The position numbers and the translations under genes are program-made. From positions 40,488,001 through 40,552,000 of the forward strand of contig CM052817.1 of the NCBI GenBank assembly GCA_028534125.1: a DNA stretch of 64,000 nt. The letters are read 5' to 3'. Shown here in pieces: positions 43,136 through 56,700 of this stretch. The DNA comes from Lama glama. Its lineage: Eukaryota. Positions within the stretch are counted from its first letter, which is position 1. Every line of letters begins with the position of its first letter. A model generated the notes under the pieces. It was not told the origin of the DNA, did not search any database, and was given only the letters and a program-made list of their open reading frames with translations.

Positions 43136-43761
43136 CTCCACCTTGGTTCTCTGCTGGCTAGATACTGAGCACCCTCCTTCTCCTGTTCCTTTCTAATCTA
43201 GTCTCTGGTGCATAATTGTCTCTCATTCCTTCCTCACTTTTCTAATTATTCTTTTACTTTCGTTAAGAGACCCTTTTCTCTTTGTCTTCCCATGAGTTTT
43301 TTCACAAATTATATGAAGTTCATCCTTTACCATTTGTGGCTTTACCATCACTTACCCATTACCCCCATTTCTAAGATTTACTTAAATTCATTTCCCTTTT
43401 ACTACTATTCTATGTCTTCACAGTCCTTAGACTTCTCAATTAGCTACTAGAAGATAAAAACCATCAGCATAAAGTCTTTTATAGTACCTGCCTTCTCCTA
43501 TTTGCAAGGCTACTTCCTTTTCTTGATTCAAAGCCTTTTCAAAATTATCCCTCTAGGATTCATTAGTTTTTCTTGATTAATTAAGAGAATAATTGCCTCC
43601 TTCAAGCATTATCTTCTATACTTCAAATATAAGATTCTCAAAAATTTAAGGAATCCATTCATGTCTTGAATGTTTACTATCCAAATGAAATAAACTGAGG
43701 TGAGCCTTATCTGTATACATAACTCAAGTAATAGTCAATGATTTTCTACTGGCATTCCATT

Positions 43762-43764
<3 letters not shown>

Positions 43765-43800
<36 letters not shown>
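43765..43800. repeat. (AC)18 microsatellite
   Basis: Perfect dinucleotide run. Confidence 0.97.
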
Positions 43801-43802
<2 letters not shown>

Positions 43803-43943
43803 ATCAAACAAACACACAAGGTTAAGGCAAAAACTAAAATAAAATTCTCATTTTTCCAGTCTCTCTTCAGTTTCTCTTCCACTTACAGCAGTATGTGATA
43901 CAGTTCATGAACCTATGTAAAACTGAGTGAAGAAGAAAATGTT

Positions 43944-43949
43944 TTTATT
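43944..43949 (-). terminator. ENOPH1: Candidate ENOPH1 poly(A) signal AATAAA
   Basis: TTTATT on +, about 950 nt past the stop; U/GU-rich sequence follows on the minus strand. Confidence 0.65.
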
Positions 43950-44899
43950 AATCATCATATGAAACTGAAGTGACATTCCATTAGAATGAACCAGGATAGT
44001 TAATATTTTAAAAATGTACATTTCCCACCTCCATTTCAGAGGAAAATATTACATATTAGGACTCTTCTAGGCCTTGTGGACTGATTTTAGTAAATTTTCT
44101 GGTTTTTAGCAGGAAATAGCAATTAACAAATGTTTTCAAACTGTGCTAACAAGTAGTTAGAAAGGCATCGATGAAATCTATGGTAACAACTGGTAGGATC
44201 AGGACTGTTTCGTTAAACATTAGGGAGCACATTTCTATCTTCGCTGCCACGTTAGTGCACCTTTTTCACGGGTAAGGCCACTGCTTGCTGTGGGTGCCAC
44301 AGTGACTAGCAAGTTTCTTACCTAACAGACACCTGACTGATCAAGACTCAGACGAGTTTCCTTTCCCAAGTTTGCTCTTTTGGAGCAGAAACAAATAGCT
44401 TTGTCATTTGTATAGAGGGAGGCTACTGTTTTGAAACTCAGTTGTTGCCGTCTTCTGATTCACAGTTTAAAAGGGGGATAAGTTATTATTAGGAATGTCT
44501 TGGAAATACTTCCACGTTTTAAAATAACAAGGCTTCTGAGTAATTCCTCAAACCTACCTCTCCATTTTGGTACATGACTTGATAAACATAACACATCTGA
44601 CCTGTATAATAGTAATTTCTTCTATCAACTACATTTCACCCTCAATAAGGGTTAGAGTAGGGGGTTCGAACAATTTCTACATATAAAGCATCTTTAAATT
44701 AAGATTCCGTTTCACTGAACTGAGATTCTTTTCTCCACTTACGTGCCTGTGAAAGGTAATCGAACAGATACACACACACACTTGCATACCTTATGTGTGT
44801 GTTCCCTATTGTTTAAGCAAATTACTCTTACCATCAGGATAAAACTAGACTACAGGGACAACTCCGTGAAGACAGTATGGTCTTCCTCAGACACCCTCT

Positions 44900-45211
<312 letters not shown>

Positions 45212-46091
45212 TTAATTTTCCATAGAAGAAAGTTTTTAAACGCGTAACTGTGTCTGACAGACTAGGATGGCGGTGCATCCTAGACTCCTGAGCTTTATCA
45301 AGCACTTATGTATGTGGAAGGACAGAGCCATGTCCCGCCCACAATTTTCTTCCATTCCCTCCCATCAGTCCTACAGAGAACCGAGCTGTTCCCCAAAGGA
45401 CAAGCGGTCAGGAATAACACCAATTAAGCAGATACGGGACAAATGGAATCCCAGGATCTAATCAGGCCAAAACACCTGCTCTCACATCTGGAGCCCAAAT
45501 ACGTCACAAGTCTTGGCTAGCCTGACCATCTTTTTCGCCTGGCAAATTCCAACTCTTATAAATTCAGCTCAGTCTATCTTCCAGGGCTCCTACTATCTGT
45601 ATTAGAGCATCCTATGTGCTCCACTTACACCCTGAATTTAGTCCTATCAAGACAACGTGATTTGACACATTATTATTACCTGTTGTCCCTCTCCTCTTTA
45701 GACTGTGAGTCCCTTAAGATCAGTGATTGCGTGTATGGGCAGGAGTAAAAACAGGACTAGTCAAATTAAACTAAGCTACGTACTGCAAGAGATATCTCTA
45801 ACATGCCCTGGGTTACGTTTCTCTCTTCATTTTATTTCCATTTGAGACAATCGTTAATACTTTATATTAATTAAGCACCTACTACATGCCAGGTACTATT
45901 CTAGGACCAGAGATACGTGAACAGAACAAAGTTCCCACCTTCGTGGAGCTTCCATTCCCATCAAAATCTTCACAACAAACCTGAAGTAGTTAGTATTACT
46001 ACCTCCATTCTACAGATACAGAAACCGACAGCTAGCAAGTGGAAGAGCTAAAATTTGAAATCGTGTGTCTGACTCTACGGTCTGTGCTCTA

Positions 46092-46432
46092 GAACAAGGG
46101 TCAGCAAATTATGGCCTGCCACCTGTTTCTGTAAACACGGTCTTACTGGAACACAGCCAAGCCCACCCACTCACTGACGTACTGTCTGTGGACGCCTTTG
46201 CACTACAAGGACCAGGGTAGAATAGTTGTGACAGAGATTGTGTGGCCTGCAAAGCCTAAAATATTTACTATCTGGCTCTTTACAGAACAAGTTTGCCAAC
46301 TCCTGCTCCAGAGTATCACCGTGCTGAGTGTGATCCCTGCACCAGCAGTGTGGGAATCATCTGGAGGCTTGTTAAAAATGCAGAACCTCAGGTTCCCAAC
46401 AGGGAACTACTGAATTGGGATCCGCAATTTAA
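46092..46432. mobile_element. hAT-Charlie MITEs (MER58-like then MER5-like)
   Basis: CAAGGGTCAGCAAATTATGGCC...GTTTGCCAACTCCTG; TTGTTAAAAATGCAGAACCTCAGG. Confidence 0.7.
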
Positions 46433-48937
46433 CAAATGACTCCTCCGCACAGATGGTGAGTTCTGATCAGAAATTTCAAGGAAGGAAAACTGGCAAGAGA
46501 GGAGACACTGTAGGCTGACATAAAACACACGTGCAAATAGTGGAAGAACCGAGCAAGTCAGTGTGGGAGACAGGACACAGGTCTGTGGTCAGAGATGGGG
46601 CATACTTGGAAAGACAGAGCAAAACCGGGGAAGAAACTGAAACACATCTTTGGAATTTAGGTCTGGTGTAATACGAAACCCCAGCAGTTTCTCAACCTTT
46701 GGCAGTCACAGTAAGAGAATGCATTAATTAAAGGGCAGCAGTACTAAGAAAGAGTAAACGGGGTAGAGTTTTCTCCACCACCTACCTACCTACCTCCTGT
46801 GAAAAGAGTGTCACCTTCAGAGCAAAAAAAGTGCTCAACAATCCTCCTCGGACAAACTCTGCAGAAGCAACTCACTCCAGCAACAGAAGCACTGCCTTCC
46901 ACTCACCCCTAGCTCCCAGCCTGATGGCCTCAAGCACAGTCCTCTTGACCAGCAACCCAGGATCTCCACCAAGTTGAGCCATCATGATCTACGTGGGACT
47001 TGACCCTAGTTAGTTGCTGTTCTGCATTCAGCCTACCAAGAAGACCATGGGGCAAATTTTGTCCCTAAGCATCTCTTTGCCCTAATTGTACAATATTAAG
47101 ACACTTATCTAATACTTGCTGATTTCAAACTCTGGACCTCTTTTTTTTCCTTCAAAGGGAAAAAGGCTTGCCATTCTCTCTTTATACTTGAGTATTATTT
47201 GGGATATCAACTCAGTCTCCCACTCTGCCTTGGCAATGGAATTCTGGACACGTGGTACCAAACTCAGGACCAGAGATAACAAAGGAGAGCAAGGCAGCAG
47301 TCAGCTGCCCGGCCACATCCCAGCTACCGGTGGGCCACGTTCTGGCCCTACTGCCTAACTGGGTGCAGGGCTTACAAAAGCTGAGGGGCAGGAATAAAAC
47401 CTCCTGGCGGAGGACTCAGAGGGAGCCAGCTTCATTCTGAGGCCACCTTGGAGATCATCTAGTCTCTAAGGAGAATAGGAATAGTTTCTAGGACTGCAAC
47501 TGAAGGAAATGGCTTAAGGGAAAAGAGAAGGACCTCAAATTACAGATGTACTATGATGCCAACTAGAAACAAATGTGGCTAAGGACAAGAACATGAAGAA
47601 GCTGTCAGTGGTCTTCAGACAAGGGTTACAATTATCAGGAGTAACCAAAAAGCAGGGAGTAGAGCGATAATCTGAGGATCACAAATTGAATCAAGCATTC
47701 AGTCCCAGAATGCTCGGGACAGGCTGACTTTGTGGGGAGCTCCAGTCACAAAGCAGATCTCTAATTCTAAGCCTGCAGAAACTTACCATTCAAAATGCTA
47801 GGGGAATAAACACAGGGCAAACCACAGATTTTCATCTCCAAAAGCCCACTTTATGTGAATGATTAAAGAAAAGCAAATCACAGGTGAAACCAGTTAAACT
47901 CACCAGAACAAGGCCTATCTCTGCATAAGGAGTGAAGCAAAGCAAAAGGTCTTCAAATGATCATTCCTCACAGAAACATTGGCATTCCTTAACCTACACA
48001 GACAGTAAAACAACTTCCCCACCCCACCACTCTAAGCCCCGAAAAGCCATTCAAGGAAGAGGGTAAAATGTAGCTTTAAATCAGTAAATGGTTTCTACAC
48101 AGAAATACGACAGGCAAACATTTACAGTACATTGACCATTCAAAGCAGACGTGGGAGAAATGGCTGTTGTTAAGGCTAACGCTCCCTGACAGAACACTGA
48201 TGTGGCCTGGCTACCTGGTTACCGAGGGACCCCTGAGGCCATGTGTCCATGCGTCTGTCTGTCTCTCCTTCAGTGCAGTCAGACATGAAAATGTAAAGCT
48301 TTCCAAGATGTAGAAAAATGAGATGACAGTTTGTAGAACCTTTGGACTTACAGAGGATGACCCAACCAGGACATGAAGGACAGGGGTAGGTCCCCTCTAA
48401 ATCTGCTGAGCCTCCAAAACTCAAAATAACAAATAGCTGTTATTTTTTTTTTTGGTACCATCTACCTAGATCAAAAATTCCAGTCTAGATTCAGCCAGAC
48501 CTGAAATTTAACAAAGACATTAGCAATTACTGAATGTCTACTGTATGTCAGGTAAAATTAAGCCTGTCTACCTCTTTTTCCCTGGAAAACATATCTTAAC
48601 TTCTTGAAGGTATTAGATGGCCAATGCTGGTTAAGACTTTTTTTTAAAAAACCATTTAGCAAATTAGTATATACCTGCTTATATGTCTACAACCCTTGCC
48701 TAACACAATAAACCAAAGCTCAAGGGTCAGCAGCAGAAAGAGCATATTCACACACACTAGCACAGATAGATGCCTTTGCCAGCAACCACGAACTGCCTCT
48801 GGGCCCTATCTCTGAAAGTCCCAGTGAGCGGGTGTGACTCTGGTTCTGTGACAACAGCAGAAGGGATGGAGAAAGGCATGTAGCCTACAGACTGCTGAAG
48901 CCACTTCCCCCCAGGGCCCAGCAGCCCACTAGGCAGG

Positions 48938-48956
48938 AGAGCGCCCCCTGCTGTCT
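48938..48956 (-). promoter_or_regulatory. CTCF-like motif
   Basis: Reverse complement AGACAGCAGGGGGCGCTCT. Confidence 0.5.
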
Positions 48957-49420
48957 GTCCCCTTTCCCTGATTCCCTCCCCCAGCCTAGTGTCAGAGCAG
49001 CTGCGCAATAAACAAAGCCCTGTTCTAGGGGTAAACAGAGGGTAAAACTTGTGATCCAAGGTGAGTGGAAGAAACACAAAAAAGTAGAACTGTCCTCCAA
49101 TACAGGTGCAATTATAAACATGCCACAAGTAAGCTCCTGGGAGATGCATGGACTCTAAGGAAAATGACACAAGATCAAAGGCTGCAGCCAGGTGGGGGAA
49201 GTCTGGGAAAGCCTTGCCAACCAGGGCAGAGACCACCCACCTCCCCCGGCACCCTCCCCGTCTTCACCTGCTGCTATCTGCTTCCTCCTTCACTACTGGT
49301 CGGTCCTTCTGTAATTCTCTGTAGGACTCACATTCTCACATGCTTGAGTGCATCTTATATTTGGTCAAAACTACTCTTGAAATTACTTGTATAGTATATG
49401 CTGTTTTATACATTCAGCCC

Positions 49421-49526
49421 TGGGGAGGGTATAGCTCAGTGGTAGAGTGTGTGCTTAGCAGGCATGGGGTCTTGGGTTCAATCCCCAGGACCTCCATTAA
49501 AAAAAATAAAAATACAAAATAAACGC
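49421..49526 (+). mobile_element. tRNA-derived SINE (camelid-type)
   Basis: GGGGAGGGTATAGCTCAGTGGTAGAG; perfect TSD TATACATTCAGCCC at 49407-49420 and 49527-49540. Confidence 0.92.
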
Positions 49527-50205
49527 TATACATTCAGCCCATATAGTGAAAACGCACCACAGATAATGAAGAGGGCCAGGCTGGGTAAAAAGGATGCCTG
49601 TCTTTAAACAAAGTGAACCATGTGCAGTGAGGCTGAGGTTTACATTAAGAGAGGTGCCTGGGGACTGAGGCCATCTGAGGGATGACGAGGATGAGACTCC
49701 TCACTGAGGGTGGTGCTCGTTAGCTGGCACAACAATGAGGCAAAATCACTCCAACTGGAGTCCTCTCTCTCTCTTTTCCTGCTGAGTGCATGCAGCTGAT
49801 CTCACTGCTGTCAAATACATTTGACGCAGGTCCACTGTGACTTTATCGTCCTGGCCTAGCCACGTACCTACTCTCTTGCTCTTGCCTGCAAGCCCCTTCC
49901 CACCGTTACATCTGCCTTTTGTTATTTTCCTGTTTCATCCATATGTGCATGCACACAGAGGGAAGATGGGGAACTGAGGATGAGGAGTTAAAATAAGAAG
50001 AATCAGTCTTTCCGATGCCACCTCCCCACACACAACCCCAAGGATGGGTAAATGGAGAGGGAGGTGGGAAGGTTGGTTCACTGTTTGCTTTTATAAACCG
50101 GTTTCATTTTTCAGGGATTCCCACATGAACTTTCTTTACGGAGGAAAAGTGTTTGCAATGCCAGGCTCATCTACCCTGGGGTATACAATGCAAGAAGTCA
50201 GATTA

Positions 50206-50400
<195 letters not shown>

Positions 50401-51482
50401 TCATCCCTTTTCTCTGAAATACATGATGATCACAGTGACTTCATCCACTCAGTAAATATTCCCTGTAAGTCTACTTCATGGAGAATTTTATGGAGGCTAC
50501 AAAAAGTAATTATAAAGGAAGGTTTTTGTAGAAATAAACATTTGGAAGAAGACGACTATCAGTTCAGTGTATATACGATCACTTTACAATCTTCTTGGTT
50601 TTCTTTCACTAGCATTAATTTTATATCCAAAATCTTTTAAAATATATGCCCAACTATCTATCCTTAAAACACTATATGCCCTCAAACTGCTTAGTGGACT
50701 GGGTTTCACCCCGATGCAAGGTTCTGAACATTGTCCTTTTGATCCCAGAATGATCAGATTTCTCTAACCTGCCTCACTAATAAGCTGTTACTTTACTTTC
50801 AAGAAACTTTCATTTTCTAATTAAAACATCTTGAAATTCTACCCAAGAGCTAGTATATACCTTTGGCATCTTAGAAATAATTGGGGTCAAATATAGAACT
50901 TACTGATTTTAACCAAAAGTAATTAAAATAAGTCCACATTTAGGATCAACTATTATAATATGATCTTTTGAATACTTTCAGAACTTTTCACAAACTAAAA
51001 ATAAGCCTAACAGTATTCAAAGATAAATTAAAGTAATACTATGATTTTCAAAATCAAAAATGGTTTTGCACAGTTTCTCTCTCAAGTTTGCCTCACACTG
51101 AGCAACTGGAGAATAGTTTTTATTACTGAACTCAGGAGGTAACCATGGTGTCCTGTCTACTATCACCTTATTGTCTGTCTCATCAGAAACAGCAGAAAAG
51201 CTTATTACCTGTATCCACAGGAGAAGCGTTACCAAACAATTAAAGGGTTTTATTACTGATTTAATATTTGTTTTAGAGCTAAGATGAAAAGCAGGAAAGT
51301 AAAATGAGACTATGACGCTCTCCAAAGCCAAAGTGTTCTCTGCACACGGTAGAGGATTAATAAATATTTATTTTTAAAAAACAGTTGGCTGAGTAACCTA
51401 TTGTGTACGCTGAGTTCAGCCTATACTCAGTCAGCAGTCTTTTTAAGAGTCCTAAATGTATTCCCTTCTCCAGCGACCACCC

Positions 51483-51501
51483 TGTCCTCCAGGGGGCGCA
51501 G
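51483..51501 (+). promoter_or_regulatory. CTCF-like motif
   Basis: TGTCCTCCAGGGGGCGCAG. Confidence 0.55.
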
Positions 51502-52090
51502 AGACTGTGAGACAGAAAACTAGCGGGACTTTCCTCAGGTACAAGAAATGTTAATAAGCGGCCTGAACTTATCACTGTGTAACAACACGCCTGGTTCTCC
51601 TACAGAAGAATGCTGATTCTGCTAAAATAAAACCTGTCTCTTTCTAAAGTACCAGAAACAAATGAATCCACCCTGTACTCTTCCACATTCAAGAAGTCTG
51701 TGTGCCTTTTTGGGGGGCATGGTGGCATGTGCCACTATTTTATACCTTACTTGATAACTTTAATAACCAAAAGAAGCATGCCATTAATTGCCTTTGGGCT
51801 GATGATCTAATATTGACATGAGAGCTGATTTACAAGTTAGCTCATGTTTATTCAGCTGTGATTGACACATACATAGCTGGTTCTAATACTACTGTCATCA
51901 GAATCACTTAGGGGGTGGCATTTAAAAACACAGATTCCTGGCCCACACCCCAGACCTGCCGATTCAGATTTGCTAGGAAGAGGGGCCCCGGGATCTACAT
52001 TTTTAACAAACTCCCCAGGTGATCCTCATGTACACAAAGTTTAAGAAACTGAAGCAAAGACTGGTACCACAGGAACATTTCGCCCTTCTA

Positions 52091-52396
<306 letters not shown>

Positions 52397-53616
52397 TTAA
52401 AATGCAGGAACATGTTATCTGGCCAGATGAAAACCAATCAGACAGCTGCCACCAGTTTCTCTATTTGTGCCCAAATGGTCACCATGAAAAGCAACTTCAT
52501 GAAACTGTGGACTCCTGCAGATCTAATGAGTGTGTCCCCAGAGTTTCAGGATCACAGCAGATTAGAAGCAGCAATTAAGGTGAATAGAATAGTTTTTGAC
52601 AGAAAGCCACACTAATGACAGTAAAAAGTGATTAGATAAAGAGATGAAATAAGAAAGAGGATTCCTCGGGAATTCAAAAAAGCAAACAACAATAATACTG
52701 GAATATTGTGTAATCGTTGATGTAATTCATGACACGAAGAGGTTCAATTATGTTCAGTGTGCCTTAAGAGCACATGGAAATGCTGCTAGAAAGATCTGCA
52801 ACCAAACAATTGAAAAAAAAAGTATGGGCTCAAAGCTATTAATTTTTGTTTAGTTAGAAAACAGAAATATATTTCTTGAGAACTAAGAAAACCTGAAGTT
52901 TTATTATACAGTAAAAAAATAATGTAACAAGTCAGTTAAGAGACTTGTACCATCTCACATTAGCTATCAGCAAAGTGTCTGGTTTTCTGATTCCTGACAC
53001 AGTCTTGTTCACAGTTTCACGTGTATTCTGTTCAGTGGTGGAAACAATGTCACAGGAGATGGGTGAGAAGAGCAGCACATGAACATGGGATGTGGAACCA
53101 GTAGTCACCCTTAAAAGATGAACTGGAAAATGTCAGAGAAGTCTTCTACTGGATAAAACAGTTTAATTCATTGCACGAACTGAAGAAAAGAGATTAACTA
53201 CTAGTTCAAAACCAGCACACATAACTGAGTTGCTTTGCGTGTTACTTTGCACTCCTAGAGACAGGATTTTTCTGTGTTGCATTTACAGATTGTTATTGCT
53301 CCAAAGCAGGACTTAGAAGCCTAAGATGATTTATTTCAAGTCCTTCGTTTTATAATTAAGGAACCAAGACCAAGAGAAGGAGGGGCTAACACCTGCGAGC
53401 ATAGGCTCCTAACTCCACATTTTTTAGTGCTTCCTCAAGTGAACTAGCTGATATTCCCAGATCGCTGGCCTATCCTGAAATTCCAAAGCATCCTTAAAAG
53501 GTGGAAGCCCCTGTAAAGTACATAAAGGAAAGGCATCTCATTTGACAGAAGAACAAAAGAAATATAGGCAGCTAGTTAACAGTCTTGGATCTTGGGTTTA
53601 CATCAGATAATGGCCT

Positions 53617-53757
53617 GGGCGGGAGGGTACGGCTCAGCGGTAGAGTGTAGGGCTTAGCATGCACAGGGTCCTAGGTTCAATCCAAGTATCTCCATTAAAA
53701 AAATAGATAAATAAATAGTCAAACCTAATTACTGCCCCCCCAAAATTAAAAAAAAAA
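53617..53757 (+). mobile_element. tRNA-derived SINE (camelid-type)
   Basis: A/B boxes; TSD AGATAA(T/C)GGCCT. Confidence 0.88.
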
Positions 53758-54339
53758 AGATAACGGCCTAAAATCTTTAGTGGCAATGACTTATTAAGAA
53801 CTGCTTAGCAATACAGGACTCATGAAGACTCCTTCGGCAGGAGAGCTCTTAGGAACTCCACAATCAAGACGCCGCAGTCTGTGGAAGTTGCCGTATGAGT
53901 CCAGAACAGAGTGGCACTGTTGACACTGAGTAATCCCACAGTGACAGTGACAGGGTACATAATTTCACAGCATTACTTCTCTAACAGAGCAGAAAGCAGG
54001 TAACCTCACGGTCCTGGGAAGCAGCCCAACAGTGCTATCACTCATATGCTAAGGATCACACATGACTCAGTTCCGGGAGGTTGTCGTTTTCTAGGAAGCT
54101 GTTCTAGACTGGGATGAAAAGTCTTACAAGCATCACACGAAGACAGACACTGGGTCTGGGGTATTTAGCTGGTGAAGTGCTTTGGCCCCAGCCTTGAAAA
54201 ATGAAATGAAATGAAATGAAACACTTGTTAGAGTAAAAAGAATGTTGTTTTTATCTACTTTATAAACCATACAACTTACACGAGGACTAGTGAAAAACGT
54301 ATTTGCTTTGGGGGCTGGTAGAGTGTTCAGAGTCACTCA

Positions 54340-54609
<270 letters not shown>

Positions 54610-54761
54610 TTAAGTGATATCCAAAAACTTGCTGACCAACTTTCTCTAACTACCATTAGCACTGAAAAGCACCATTACAAATCAAAGTATCCTACACTCT
54701 GGGGCTGATCTGAATGATTCCTAAAAGAAACTGGATTGTAATGAATAAATTAACATTACCA

Positions 54762-54947
54762 AGGGAGGGTACAGCTCAAGTGGTAGAGCGCATGCTTAGC
54801 ATGCATGAGGTCCTGGGTTCAATCCCCAGTACCTTCACTGAAAAACTAAATAAATAAATAAACCCAAGTACCTCTCCATGGCACAAAAACAAATAAACAA
54901 AAAGTTCTAAAAAATTAAATAAAATTATAAACTTCTAAAAAAAAATT
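54762..54947 (+). mobile_element. tRNA-derived SINE (camelid-type) with a long A-rich tail
   Basis: AGCTCAAGTGGTAGAGCGCATGCTTAGCATGCATGAGGTCCTGGGTTCAATCCCC; flanking ACATTACC repeats. Confidence 0.88.
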
Positions 54948-56112
54948 TACATTACCTTTCCTATATTACTAAAGCTGAACTTAAACCGAGAGGCACGTCG
55001 TACATGAGAAGAGAGACAGCACTTAATGATAAAATGATACAGTAAGACCTCGTTTGTCGATTCACTTACTAGGATCAACAAAATAGGACTTCAATTAAAT
55101 CTGACCCTCTACTCTGCACTGTAACTAACTGAGAAAGAAATAAAGAAGATCTCAGTGAAACTAGTTGATGCCTGGAGTTCAGTGAAAAGCAGCCAGCAAA
55201 ACAATGCCTGGGGTTGGTTCACATTCGGTCTCCTGCAACCTCCCACATCTTGCAAAGACCCTAACAGCTATTTAGAACAATGGCCCTGTGACAATGCACA
55301 TGTCCAATCCCTAAAAACTCAAGGATTTATATACTACAAAGGGGGAATATGTAGGTATGTTTCAACAAAAAGAGATGAGACAACAAAAAAGTTAAAAGAG
55401 GGGAGTGTTTCAGAACCCCCGGAGTTATCCAGAAAATTCAACAAACCCAAATACACTATGCCCCAAGGGTGTGACTCTCCTTCCAATCTTAGTATTAAAA
55501 AAATAAAGAGAAACTTCCACATTGTCCAATGTAGAAAATTAATTGGAAAATAATTGCTGAAGAGTTAGTTCTGCACAGTATATAAGATCTCTGCCACTAA
55601 AGCAATTTTAACAAGAAAAACAGAACAGGAGTTCCACAACACACAATGTGGAAGGAGAAAGACTGCAAACTGGAGAGAGATCAGAGCAGAACAGAGCACA
55701 TGCAATGAAGGCGGGTATGAAGGCTGGGCCAAGTGTCAGCTGGGGTGACAGGTCTGTGAGGGCCCAGGAGCTCTGTGGAGGGGCAGCCAGGGCTCTTGCC
55801 ATGAGGAGGTGAAGATGGAGAATGAGGTGACGAGGTGCTATCACCCGGAGACATTCATGAAAAATGTGATGAGATGACACAGAGTCTTTTCACATTCCAC
55901 CCAAAAAGGGCTTAGTTTTATAAATGCATGATAATTTCATGCAATTGAAATAGCTCCAGAAATAGGCCATGGTGGAGACAATAAACTGCCATGATCTGGC
56001 CGTTTAATTATGTACTGTGAATTCCTAAGCCGGCAAGTCACTGCAACTTCCATGCCCTGTGAATCCAGAGCGCTTACTTGAAAATATGCTCAGAGCATAA
56101 CCTAAGTCTTCA

Positions 56113-56457
<345 letters not shown>

Positions 56458-56461
56458 CTAG

Positions 56462-56700
56462 ATCAAGAGTCAGCAAATTACAGCCCATCTGTCAAATCTA
56501 ATCTCCTCCCATTTTTATAAATAAAGTTTTACTGGAACATGGCCACATTCATTTGTTTACAGATTATCTAGAGCCACTTTGGGGCCACAATGGGAGAGCT
56601 GAGTATTTTTAACCAAGACCAAATGGCCCCAAATGTCTCAACATTTACTATTCAGTCCTTTACAGAAAAATACAGAAAAAGTCTGCCAACTCCTAAACTA
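56462..56700. mobile_element. MER58-like hAT MITE
   Basis: CAAGAGTCAGCAAATTACAGCCC...AAAGTCTGCCAACTCC. Confidence 0.7.

Noticed and set aside
48757..49394. 159-aa and 109-aa ORFs in an ENOPH1 intron
   Set aside because: No recognisable protein or splice context; consistent with chance ORFs in GC-richer or LTR-like DNA.
49421..49500. tRNA gene
   Set aside because: A/B boxes are present, but the TSD, A tail and many dispersed copies show these are SINEs.
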